Shown: positions 10,507 to 19,392 of the stretch, in pieces | Layout of the letters: every line of letters starts with the position of its first letter | Position numbering within the stretch: position 1 is the first letter of the stretch | Source: an uncultured bacterium | GTDB lineage: Bacteria > CAYUVA01 | Direction: 5' to 3' | DNA length: 64,000 nucleotides | Assembly (NCBI GenBank): GCA_964448115.1 | Contig: CAYUVA010000014.1 | Coordinates: 1-64,000 of the forward strand | Program-made: the position numbers and the translations under genes | Notes under the pieces: model-generated | Told to the model about the DNA's origin: nothing | Database searches by the model: none | What the model saw: only the letters and a program-made list of their open reading frames with translations

Positions 10507-11313
10507 ATGCACAAGCAGTTATCGATAGCGATAATCAGCCTATTAACGGTGTTTGCCATTTCAGCAAGCGCCTTTGAGTTGCCGGGTAAATATGGTATTC
10601 GCTTTGGTCAAGTTTCCTTTATGGGAGGCAACGACTGGTGGGCTCAAGGATATCTTGAGGAGAAATTCGAGGCTAACAATAAGGATTTTACCAACTACTC
10701 CTTTGGGGTTGAGGGGAATCTTCCTCTGACCGGGAACCTTGAATACAACTTTGGGGTTGACTACTTCCAGGTCTCCTTTGATGCCAAGCACCGAAATCCC
10801 GAAGCCTTTGATTACCTGAATCCGGGTCCGGATCCCAAGAATGAGATAGAATTCACCATGATCCCAATAAATGTATGCACCCTAAAGATAAGTCCCTTTG
10901 GAAGGGAGGGCTTCTTCCATCCTTATGGTGGTGTCGGATTTACCTTGCTCGTCTGGCGCTATCGGGAGAGTGGATATTTTTATGACAAGGATGTGCACGA
11001 TTATAATCACAACGGGGTCGTTGATGAGATCCTCGCTTTTGAGGACAGCATTGAGGATACCAGCGCCAATCTAGCATTAACAGTCAATGTCGGTGTTGAA
11101 CTATCAGTAACCGAGTGGATGTTCTTTAACCTGGACGCCAAGATGGCTATGGCTGAATCGCAGCTTCATTACCAGCACGACTATCTGTATGTAAGACCCA
11201 ACACAAATCCGATCCAGATGAAGGATGTGCGAGTGCACCACATGGATATCTTCTATCCGATGCTGCTCGATGACCTACAGGTGAACTTCAGCGTTTTATT
11301 CAAACTCGGATAA
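10507..11313 (+). CDS. Outer-membrane beta-barrel protein (OmpW/OmpA-like)
   Basis: GGAGG RBS before ATG 10507; signal peptide ending ASA; alternating beta-strands, HPYGGVG and NVGVEL motifs; C-terminal strand VNFSVLFKLG. Confidence 0.75.
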   Translation: MHKQLSIAIISLLTVFAISASAFELPGKYGIRFGQVSFMGGNDWWAQGYLEEKFEANNKDFTNYSFGVEGNLPLTGNLEYNFGVDYFQVSFDAKHRNPEAFDYLNPGPDPKNEIEFTMIPINVCTLKISPFGREGFFHPYGGVGFTLLVWRYRESGYFYDKDVHDYNHNGVVDEILAFEDSIEDTSANLALTVNVGVELSVTEWMFFNLDAKMAMAESQLHYQHDYLYVRPNTNPIQMKDVRVHHMDIFYPMLLDDLQVNFSVLFKLG

Positions 11314-11340
11314 TCATTATTATCTGATAGAACATTATCA

Positions 11341-11380
11341 GCGCCCTTTTCTTTGCTATGACAGCAAGGGGTGTTTTTCT
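11341..11380 (+). terminator. Possible intrinsic terminator
   Basis: Imperfect hairpin gcgccct..ttgct-atgac-agcaa.ggggtgt followed by tttttct, just after the stop codon. Confidence 0.4.
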
Positions 11381-11518
11381 ATTGACATAAGTAATTTATA
11401 TCCAAGTATTGATCTCCTTAAAAATCAAGAAGATGTTTCATTTGACAATCCCCAATTATATGGGCTATTAAAGAGTGTTCTTGAACAGCCCTTTGTCGAA
11501 AGGAATCATTAAGCCAAG

Positions 11519-13651
11519 ATGCCGCCAATAAACAAGGCTATCAGGTGTGGTCGCATCCTGCCTAGCCTGTTCATCACGCTAGTAATCATCAGCGCTCCAA
11601 GCCAGTGCGCTGCCTACATCGGTCCCGGTGCGGGCTTTGCTTTCTTGACCAGCTTCTTCTTTTTCTTCATCGCCTTTGCGCTTGCCTTCTTTTTCCTGCT
11701 CTCCTGGCCTATCCGCTACCTATTCAAGATGATAAAGATGCGCAAGGTCTATGGTAAAAGCAAGCTCGATCGAGTGATAGTGCTCGGCATGGATGGCTTG
11801 GATCCTGACCTGGTGCAAAAGTTCATCGATGCTGACAAGCTACCCAATTTCAAGCGGCTAGGCGAGCAAGGCAGCTTCCATCGCCTGAGCACAACATGTC
11901 CAGCGGTCTCGCCGGTCGCCTGGAGTTCTTTTATGACCGGGGTCAACCCGGGCAAACACAATATCTTCGATTTCCTGAGCCGCGAGCCCAAGACCTACCT
12001 GCCGGATCTCTCCTCTGCACGAGTCGGCAAGCAAAAAAGAACCATCAGGCTAGGGAGATATCGCATCCCGCTGGGTAAGCCGATCTCGCGGCTGCTGCGC
12101 AAAAGCAAGCCCTTCTGGGTAATACTCGGCGAGAACGGTATCTTCAGCAACATCATCCGCGTGCCCATAACCTTTCCACCTGAGAGATTCCATGGAGTGC
12201 TCCTCTCGGCAATGTGTGCGCCTGACCTCAAAGGCTCCCAGGGAACATTTACACACTACAGCGACAACTTGAATCCGAGCCATAAGACTACCGGCGGCGT
12301 GCAGATCCGGGTTCAGCGCGATGATGGAATCATTCACACATACATTCCCGGTCCCATAAATACACTGAGTGAAAAGCAAGAGGAGCTGCGCATCCCGATG
12401 ACCATAAGACCACTGCCCGAGCTGGAAAAAATAATTATCAACCTACAGGACCAGCACCTCGAACTAACTAAGGGGAATTATACATCCTGGATCAGGCTCA
12501 GATTCTCCGCCGGCATGGGGATCAAGGTGCAGGGTATAGCTCGCTTCTTTCTGAATAGCATCGAGCCACATTTCTCGCTATATCTGTCCCCGATCAATAT
12601 CGATCCCGAAAAGCCTGCATTGCCTATCTCTCACCCATTCAGCTATGCGGTTTACCTTTCCAAGTTGATCGGCTCTTATGCCACGCTCGGCTTAGCCGAG
12701 GACACCTGGGCACTGAACGAGGGGGTTATAGATGAGGATGCCTTCCTGGAGCAGGTCTATCTGAACCACCAGGAGAGAGAGAAGATGTTCTTCAATGCCC
12801 TGAGGGTTACGCCAAAGGGCGTGGTAGCCTGTGTATTTGATACCACGGATCGGGTGCAGCACGGGTTCCTTCGCTTCTTGGAGCCGGATCACCCGGCAGT
12901 CTCGCAATCGAAGTATGAGAAGTATCATGGCGTAATCGAGGAACTATATGCTGAGATGGATGAACTGCTCGGTGAGACCATGCAGCTCCTGGGGAAAAAG
13001 GATCTGCTGCTTGTCATGTCGGACCACGGCTTCAAGCAGTTCAGGCGGGGAGTAAACCTCAATGCCTGGCTTAGAGAAAACGGTTACCTGGCGATCAAGG
13101 ATAGGGAACAGGCCGGCGAGTGGTTCAAGGGAGTGGATTGGGGAAATACCAGGGCTTACTCCTTTGGAATGAATGGGATCTATCTAAACCTAAAAGGGCG
13201 AGAGGGTAAAGGGATCGTCAATCCAGGGAAGGAGGCTGATGCCCTCTGTGCCGAGATCATCGAGAAGCTAAGCGGAACCATCGACCCTGCCACCAATCGA
13301 CCGGCTATCAATAAGGTCTATCACCGAAGTGAGGTATATTTCGGTCCTTACACGGAAAATGCTCCCGAGCTTACCGTCGGCTATGTAGATGGATATCGCT
13401 CCTCCTGGGAAGGGGTTACCGGCGTGGTATCAGGGAATGTCTTCGAGGATAACCGCAAAGCATGGGGTGCGGATCACTGCATCGATCCCAAGCTGGTGCC
13501 CGGGGTTTTGTTTAGCAACTATAAGATATCGGACGCCGAGCCACAAATAATCGATATTGCACCGACCATACTAGCGCTATTCGGTGTGCAGCCACCAAGG
13601 CATATCGATGGAAAACCTCTTAAAATTAAGAACTTGCTAGGGGATAGCTAG
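11519..13651 (+). CDS. Alkaline phosphatase superfamily (type I phosphodiesterase/nucleotide pyrophosphatase-like) protein with N-terminal membrane anchor
   Basis: LGMDG, PAVSPVAWSSFMTG, DTTDRVQH, MSDHG, GADHC, DIAPTIL motifs; N-terminal AYIGPGAG followed by a Phe-rich TM helix. Confidence 0.85.
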   Translation: MPPINKAIRCGRILPSLFITLVIISAPSQCAAYIGPGAGFAFLTSFFFFFIAFALAFFFLLSWPIRYLFKMIKMRKVYGKSKLDRVIVLGMDGLDPDLVQKFIDADKLPNFKRLGEQGSFHRLSTTCPAVSPVAWSSFMTGVNPGKHNIFDFLSREPKTYLPDLSSARVGKQKRTIRLGRYRIPLGKPISRLLRKSKPFWVILGENGIFSNIIRVPITFPPERFHGVLLSAMCAPDLKGSQGTFTHYSDNLNPSHKTTGGVQIRVQRDDGIIHTYIPGPINTLSEKQEELRIPMTIRPLPELEKIIINLQDQHLELTKGNYTSWIRLRFSAGMGIKVQGIARFFLNSIEPHFSLYLSPINIDPEKPALPISHPFSYAVYLSKLIGSYATLGLAEDTWALNEGVIDEDAFLEQVYLNHQEREKMFFNALRVTPKGVVACVFDTTDRVQHGFLRFLEPDHPAVSQSKYEKYHGVIEELYAEMDELLGETMQLLGKKDLLLVMSDHGFKQFRRGVNLNAWLRENGYLAIKDREQAGEWFKGVDWGNTRAYSFGMNGIYLNLKGREGKGIVNPGKEADALCAEIIEKLSGTIDPATNRPAINKVYHRSEVYFGPYTENAPELTVGYVDGYRSSWEGVTGVVSGNVFEDNRKAWGADHCIDPKLVPGVLFSNYKISDAEPQIIDIAPTILALFGVQPPRHIDGKPLKIKNLLGDS

Positions 13652-13654
13652 AGA

Positions 13655-15610
13655 ATGAACATGATTGAAAAGTTGAAAAAACATATATTCCTGTTACTAT
13701 TCCTCCCCCTGCTAATCTTCGCCCAGGCATCATATCCAGCGCCTAAGACCATCATACTTGGGGTCGATGGCATGGACTATTATCTGCTGAAGGACTGGAT
13801 GGAACAGGGATACCTGCCTAACTTCAAGCGCCTGGCTGACATGGGTACATTCAAGCCGTTATGGAGCAGCATCCCGCCGCAGAGTCCGGTCGCCTGGTCG
13901 AATTTTATTACCGGCATGGATCCAGGGAGCCACGGGATCTTCGACTTCATCCACCGCAAGCCGGGGACCTTCACCCCCTACTTGAGCACCTCGGAGGCTT
14001 TGGATCCTGAAAAAAAGATGCAGCTCGGCAAATGGATCATTCCCCTAGGCAAGGGTGATGTCTTGCTACTTCGCAAAGGCAAGGCATTCTGGGAGTACCT
14101 CGATGAAGAGGGGATTCCAGCCACCATCTTCAAGATACCCTCCAACTTCCCGCCAGTGGAGACAAGGTGCAGAACCATTAGCGGCATGGGAACTCCAGAC
14201 TTGCGCGGTGGGTACGGCACTTTCTCATTTTTTACGGATAATCCCCCGGATAATGCGGACGATATCTCGGGAGGCAAGGTTTACTTCGTTTACCCAGAGG
14301 ATAACATGGTCAAGGCGGAGCTTATAGGTCCCAAGAATACCTTTATCGAGGGAAGTCCCGATGCTGCCATTCCCTTCAAGGTCTATATCGATCCCATCTA
14401 TCCAGTGGCAAAGATAGTTATTCAAGACAAGGAGATAATCCTCAATGTCGGCGATTGGAGCGACTGGATACAGGTAAAATTCGAGATGGTAGCACACCTG
14501 GTGAGCACCTATGGGATCGTTCGCTTCTATTTACAGGAGCTAAAGCCCGACTTCAAGCTTTACGCCAGTCCGGTGAACATAGACCCCACAAAGCCCGCCT
14601 TGCCGATCTGTACACCGGATGGTTATAGCAGGGAGTTATACGATAACATCGGCTTTTTCTATACTCAAGGTATGCCCGAAGATACCAAGGCATTGACCAA
14701 TGACATCTTTACTTATGGAGAATACCTAAAACAGGCGATGATAGTTCTCGATGAGCGCATCAGGGCTTTCAACTACGAGTTCGGGCGCTTCAAGGAGGGC
14801 TTGTTGTTCTTCTACTTCTCAAGCACCGACCTTAATACCCATGTCTTCTATCGCTGCATGGATCCACTCAATCCATTCTATTCAGAAGAGGATGCCAATA
14901 AATATGGCACGGTGATACGAGATATCTACGCCCGCATTGATAAGCTAGTCGGTAGAGTACTGGACAAGCTGGACAGCGAGACCTACCTGTTCATTATGTC
15001 AGATCACGGCTTTGCACCCTTTAGATACTCTTTCAACCTCAACACCTGGTTGCTTGAAAACGGCTACATTGAGCTTGTAGATCCCCAAAAACAAACTGAA
15101 ATAGAGTTCTTCAGCCATGTTGACTGGCGGCGAACCAAGGCTTACGGGCTGGGACTCAATAGTCTCTATATAAACCTGCGGGGAAGGGAAGCCAATGGCA
15201 TAGTCCCCGCCTCGCAAAAGGATGTGCTGGTGGATGAGATAGCCAATAGGTTGCTTGAGGTGGTCGATCCCAACAGCGGCGAGCATCCTATCAAAGAGGT
15301 GTATAAGCCGAGCGAGGTATATGACGGCATATATGTGAAAAATGCCCCGGATCTTATTATCGGTTATGCCAGGGGTTATCGAAGCTCCTGGGAGACGGTG
15401 CTCGGCGAGTTTCCAAAGGATATCATCACCCCCAATGACGATGAGTGGAGCGGGGATCACTGCGCAGCCACCTCAGAGGTGCCGGGAATCCTTCTATCCA
15501 ACAAGAAAATCAACCGCGGGAACCCACACCTGTACGACTTCGCACCAACCATACTCGATATATACAACATAAAACCTGAGCAAAAGATGACCGGAAAGTC
15601 ATTATTTTGA
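13655..15610 (+). CDS. Alkaline phosphatase superfamily (nucleotide pyrophosphatase-like) protein, secreted paralogue
   Basis: Signal peptide; LGVDG, PPQSPVAWSNFITG, STDLNTH, MSDHG, SGDHC, DFAPTIL; collinear with the upstream paralogue. Confidence 0.85.
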   Translation: MNMIEKLKKHIFLLLFLPLLIFAQASYPAPKTIILGVDGMDYYLLKDWMEQGYLPNFKRLADMGTFKPLWSSIPPQSPVAWSNFITGMDPGSHGIFDFIHRKPGTFTPYLSTSEALDPEKKMQLGKWIIPLGKGDVLLLRKGKAFWEYLDEEGIPATIFKIPSNFPPVETRCRTISGMGTPDLRGGYGTFSFFTDNPPDNADDISGGKVYFVYPEDNMVKAELIGPKNTFIEGSPDAAIPFKVYIDPIYPVAKIVIQDKEIILNVGDWSDWIQVKFEMVAHLVSTYGIVRFYLQELKPDFKLYASPVNIDPTKPALPICTPDGYSRELYDNIGFFYTQGMPEDTKALTNDIFTYGEYLKQAMIVLDERIRAFNYEFGRFKEGLLFFYFSSTDLNTHVFYRCMDPLNPFYSEEDANKYGTVIRDIYARIDKLVGRVLDKLDSETYLFIMSDHGFAPFRYSFNLNTWLLENGYIELVDPQKQTEIEFFSHVDWRRTKAYGLGLNSLYINLRGREANGIVPASQKDVLVDEIANRLLEVVDPNSGEHPIKEVYKPSEVYDGIYVKNAPDLIIGYARGYRSSWETVLGEFPKDIITPNDDEWSGDHCAATSEVPGILLSNKKINRGNPHLYDFAPTILDIYNIKPEQKMTGKSLF

Positions 15611-15649
15611 TTCTTGCCGAAACCTAAGATAACATGGAGAATAAAGACC

Positions 15650-15835
15650 ATGCCCAAGCTAAAGATACCAAAGGAGCTTTACCAGAGAATAAAGGATCAT
15701 GCCCAAGAGGCGGGATACAGCTCGGTCGATGAGTTCATCGTCCATCTAGTTGAAAAGGAGCTGGAAAACCTTGAGAGCGCCGAATCCGAGGAGGAGATCA
15801 AAAACAAGCTCAAAGGGCTTGGATACCTGGGATGA
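15650..15835 (+). CDS. Small ribbon-helix-helix (CopG-like) protein with C-terminal EEIKNKLKGLGYLG tail
   Basis: GGAG RBS before ATG 15650; KLKIPKELYQRIKDHAQEAGYSSVDEFIVHLVEKEL fits a beta-helix-helix RHH pattern. Confidence 0.7.
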   Translation: MPKLKIPKELYQRIKDHAQEAGYSSVDEFIVHLVEKELENLESAESEEEIKNKLKGLGYLG

Positions 15836-15896
15836 GCAAGCCCCAAGAGCCTTGATATTAGTATATTTGCCTCTTTGACCCCGTATCCTTCCTTTA

Positions 15897-16757
15897 TCAC
15901 ATTGCAGCTTGCTTCTTGTCTGAGACCCTACCAGCGGTGCCGGTGGAAAGCAGCACCACGCCGGTTACGATTATGAGTATGATAATCACATTCAAAGTCC
16001 TTGGAATGATGCCATAGATAGCATACTCCAGGATTACCGGCGTCAATATCATAAAGGAGTTGATAGCCGGTACCACCTCCAGCGCTCTACCACGAAGGAA
16101 ACCTAGCTGGGTGGTAACAAGCGCTATCATTCCGATGCCCAATGCTATGTATGGATATGGATTGCTGAACTGCCCGAAGAATGACCCTCCAGCCCGCACC
16201 AGTGCCACATCACCCAGAAATATCGACCAGCCCAGTATCATCCCTGCCAGGGTGCCGAAAGCTATGCCGTGAATCCGCTGATAAAAAAGGGCTACAATGC
16301 ACAATAGACCTGCTATCGCAATCATCACACCAAAGGTGGCAGCCAATAGACCGAAGGTGAAAGGTGCCTTTGACAAGCTATTCGATGCGCTCCTGTATCC
16401 GAGCCAGGAGGTGCCGATGATGACAAGAATAACGCCCAATATATCGACCCGGTTAATACGCTCCCCGATGACCAGGATGGCGTAGATCACCAAGCCGACC
16501 AGCCCTATACCGGTTAAAGACGAAATTATCGAAGGGGACTGTGAGAACTTAAGACCCAGTGAATAGGGCAGCGAGGCAAAGGCGGTCATGCCCCAGCCCA
16601 TAAACCATATCGCTAGATCCCTGCGATTCTCCCTGTCGAGTATCCGTCTTCCAGCGAGGAAGACATGTACCTTCTGTTTTTGTATGCCCTTGCCGATGTT
16701 CAGTGATAAAGCAGCAACCGCACCGAGAAACATGCCGAGCAGAAATTCAACATTCAT
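15897..16757 (-). CDS. DMT-superfamily (NIPA-like) membrane transporter
   Basis: About 9 hydrophobic helices; NIGKGIQK, ILVIGERI, TQLGFLRGRALEVVP motifs. Confidence 0.65.
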   Translation of the reverse strand: MNVEFLLGMFLGAVAALSLNIGKGIQKQKVHVFLAGRRILDRENRRDLAIWFMGWGMTAFASLPYSLGLKFSQSPSIISSLTGIGLVGLVIYAILVIGERINRVDILGVILVIIGTSWLGYRSASNSLSKAPFTFGLLAATFGVMIAIAGLLCIVALFYQRIHGIAFGTLAGMILGWSIFLGDVALVRAGGSFFGQFSNPYPYIALGIGMIALVTTQLGFLRGRALEVVPAINSFMILTPVILEYAIYGIIPRTLNVIIILIIVTGVVLLSTGTAGRVSDKKQAAM

Positions 16758-16812
16758 GGTTTGTGAATCTTTATGCTAATACCCTTCACTTAAGGTATTT
16801 TGGATAAAAACT

Positions 16813-16896
16813 TCTGGGTTCCAGCCTGCACGGCAATGACAGGACTATGGACATGGCCACCCTCCTTGTCATGCCCGCGAAGGCGGGCATCCAGTA
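16813..16896. repeat. Inverted pair of REP-like palindromic units
   Basis: tgtcatgcccgcgaaggcgggcatccagt (16867-16895) and a degenerate reverse-complement copy ctgggttccagcctgcacggcaatgaca (16814-16841). Confidence 0.6.
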
Positions 16897-16975
16897 TTTC
16901 TTGCACAAATTGAACAGCATTAGACTTTATACTTAAGGGTTTTAGGTTATGGTCATCGATGGTCAATAACTTCCA

Positions 16976-18358
16976 TTACTCAGTTGCGCCCATATTTTCA
17001 ATATACGATATCATGCTAACTTCCATCTTCATATCACAAACACCGCCGAAGAAGTACTCCTTCTGCCGTTGTGTAACCTGGAAGAATGCTGCCTCGTCCA
17101 TCCAGTGTATCATCCTCTGGTCTTGATAATAGCGGTCTCGCTCCTCGCTGATGGCTGCCTGCACCTCGTAGAAGTTGACGCCGAGGTTGCATAAGCATCG
17201 AAACTCGACAGCACAGATATCCCCCTTGTTGAATTCTCTATCCCAGAATACCTCACCTTGTTTCAGTCCCGCCCAGATCTGCATATCCTGGTTTAGCGTG
17301 CCCCAAGAGTACACCTTTACGCCCTGCTTGTTACGAATCCGCAAGCCGATATTGGTATGGGTAAGATCCCTGTCAAAAAAGAACTTTACCCTAATCCTCA
17401 TAAGCTCACCCGGATAGAATATTGTACACTCCTCTTGTTTTTCATTCAGTATGATGACCTCCATTATCTTAGCGTCCATATCCCCGAAGGATAGCTTATC
17501 GGTGCGCCTGCCTTTTGTTGGTTTTGCAGCAGCCTCGGTAGCAAGCTGATCTTGTTTTTTCTGTTGCTGATGCTTGATATATGTATCAAAGTATCTTTTC
17601 TCCTCCTCGTGCAACAGCGCCCGATACTCAAGGACGACCTCGGCGGAAGGAGCAAGCATCAACTGCTCCCCCTTTTCCAACAGTAACGCCCGCCTGGTCA
17701 ATGTGCGCACGCTCTCGATGTCGTGGCTTACGAAAACCAGGGTAACCCCCTTGGCAATGAGCGCCTCCATGCGCTGGAAGCAGCGCTTCTGAAACAGCGC
17801 ATCGCCTACCGCCAGCGCTTCATCGATGATCAGGATATCCGGCTCAACCTGCACCTGCACCGCGAAGGCAAGTCGGACGATCATCCCCGAAGAATAGGTC
17901 TTGATCGGCTGATCAATATATTCACCGATGTCTGCAAAGGCGGCGATCTCATCGAAGCGATCATCTATCTCCTGCTCGGTCAACCCGAGAATAGTTCCAT
18001 TTAAGTAAACATTCTCCCGTCCGGTGAACTCGAAGTTGAACCCGGCACCCAGCTCCAGCAAGGCTGCCACGCGCCCGGCGCTCTCCACAATACCCCTGGT
18101 AGGATGAAGCGTGCCGGCTATAATCTGCAAAAGCGTACTTTTGCCAGCTCCGTTTCTTCCGATGATCCCCAGTGAGTCCCCCGGCTCAAGCTCAAAGCTG
18201 ATGCCCCTTAGTGCCCAGAATTCCTCGAAGAGCCTCTTGCGGCTGCCATAGATGAACTGCTTGAGCCTATGTCTAGGATTGGCATAGATCTCGTAGCGTT
18301 TGCCGATATCTTTTACCCTTATACTTCCCTTGGCTAGTGAGCTTTTCTCATAGGACAT
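16976..18358 (-). CDS. wzt: Polysaccharide ABC transporter ATP-binding protein with C-terminal carbohydrate-binding domain
   Basis: GRNGAGKST, YSSGM, ILIIDEALAVGD, LVFVSH, plus a Wzt_C-like extension. Confidence 0.9.
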   Translation of the reverse strand: MSYEKSSLAKGSIRVKDIGKRYEIYANPRHRLKQFIYGSRKRLFEEFWALRGISFELEPGDSLGIIGRNGAGKSTLLQIIAGTLHPTRGIVESAGRVAALLELGAGFNFEFTGRENVYLNGTILGLTEQEIDDRFDEIAAFADIGEYIDQPIKTYSSGMIVRLAFAVQVQVEPDILIIDEALAVGDALFQKRCFQRMEALIAKGVTLVFVSHDIESVRTLTRRALLLEKGEQLMLAPSAEVVLEYRALLHEEEKRYFDTYIKHQQQKKQDQLATEAAAKPTKGRRTDKLSFGDMDAKIMEVIILNEKQEECTIFYPGELMRIRVKFFFDRDLTHTNIGLRIRNKQGVKVYSWGTLNQDMQIWAGLKQGEVFWDREFNKGDICAVEFRCLCNLGVNFYEVQAAISEERDRYYQDQRMIHWMDEAAFFQVTQRQKEYFFGGVCDMKMEVSMISYIENMGATE

Positions 18359-19181
18359 CGGCAAATCCCTTCTTTGTGATCATAAAGAATGTATAGCCGA
18401 GCTGCATGATAACAAACGAGATCAACACGACCTCCAAGAACCAGTACCACTCGAAATTCTTGCCCCAGATAAGGCTTCGGCGAGCGCTATCAACCAAGAT
18501 AGCCAGCGGATTGATCTTCATAAAGACCTGATATCGCTGTGGAATGGCTGTGATCGGATAAAAGATGGGAGTCAAAAAAAATAACACCTTGACGATCACT
18601 CCCACCGACTGGTTGATATCAGGGGCATAAACCCCGATGGCTGCCAAGAACCATGAGAAGCCGAGCGTAAGCATGCTCAGAGGGATAAGGATCAACGGAA
18701 ACAAGTACATGGTAGAGCTAAGGGAGGGCATGGCAAGGAAAAGCCCGATAAGCAGAATGATCAGGCTCACCGCGCCATGGATCAAGATGTCGATATAGCA
18801 AACCACCGGCAGCACCTGGATGGGAAAGACAACCTTCTTTACATAATTGGTGTTGACCCTGATTAGATTAGGCGCTGTACCAATCCCCTCGCTGAAGACA
18901 TTGAACACGATCAGCCCGGCGAAGAGAGTCAGGGCGAACTCCGCCTTGGAATCGGTTATGCTCCCCCCACGCAGCTTGAAGACATATCCGAAAATAAAGG
19001 TGTAGATGGCAAGCATTGCCAGGGGAACAATAAAAGCCCAGATAAAACCGAGTGCAGACCCCTTGTATCTTTGTTGAATCTGCCGCTTAGCCAGTTGCTT
19101 GATAAGACCGCGGTAATCAAATAGCTCCCCAATATAGCCTAGAGAGAAGAAATATTTAATAATCAGCCTAAAGCGACTCAT
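18348..19181 (-). CDS. wzm: Polysaccharide ABC transporter permease
   Basis: RYKGSALGFIW, YVKKVVFP, FFLTPIFYP, KKGFADVL; overlaps the wzt start. Confidence 0.9.
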   Translation of the reverse strand: MSRFRLIIKYFFSLGYIGELFDYRGLIKQLAKRQIQQRYKGSALGFIWAFIVPLAMLAIYTFIFGYVFKLRGGSITDSKAEFALTLFAGLIVFNVFSEGIGTAPNLIRVNTNYVKKVVFPIQVLPVVCYIDILIHGAVSLIILLIGLFLAMPSLSSTMYLFPLILIPLSMLTLGFSWFLAAIGVYAPDINQSVGVIVKVLFFLTPIFYPITAIPQRYQVFMKINPLAILVDSARRSLIWGKNFEWYWFLEVVLISFVIMQLGYTFFMITKKGFADVL

Positions 19182-19222
19182 GTCACAAGGTTAACTGGCA
19201 ATTAGTGGTGTATCGCGTTTTT

Positions 19223-19362
19223 TCCACAAAGGCACGAAGAATAGGTGGTACCGTGATACCATAGCGTGAAGGAATATCTTAACTTTCTTTCCTCTTTGCG
19301 TTCTTTGCGTCTGTCTTTGCGTGATCCTCTTTCCTCTCTGTGTCCTTAGTGACTCAGTGGTT
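19223..19362. repeat. Intergenic repeat family copy (ccacaaaggcacgaag / gtgatacc / (ctttgcgt)n / agtggtt)
   Basis: Same motifs recur at about 40285-40355, 52890-53015 and 58872-58935. Confidence 0.6.
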
Positions 19363-19392
19363 ATTTATTTTATCTCATTGGGTGAGATTCTT

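Noticed and set aside
19223-19362. Possible CRISPR array at the short-repeat loci
   Set aside because: No constant-length repeats with unique spacers, and no cas genes
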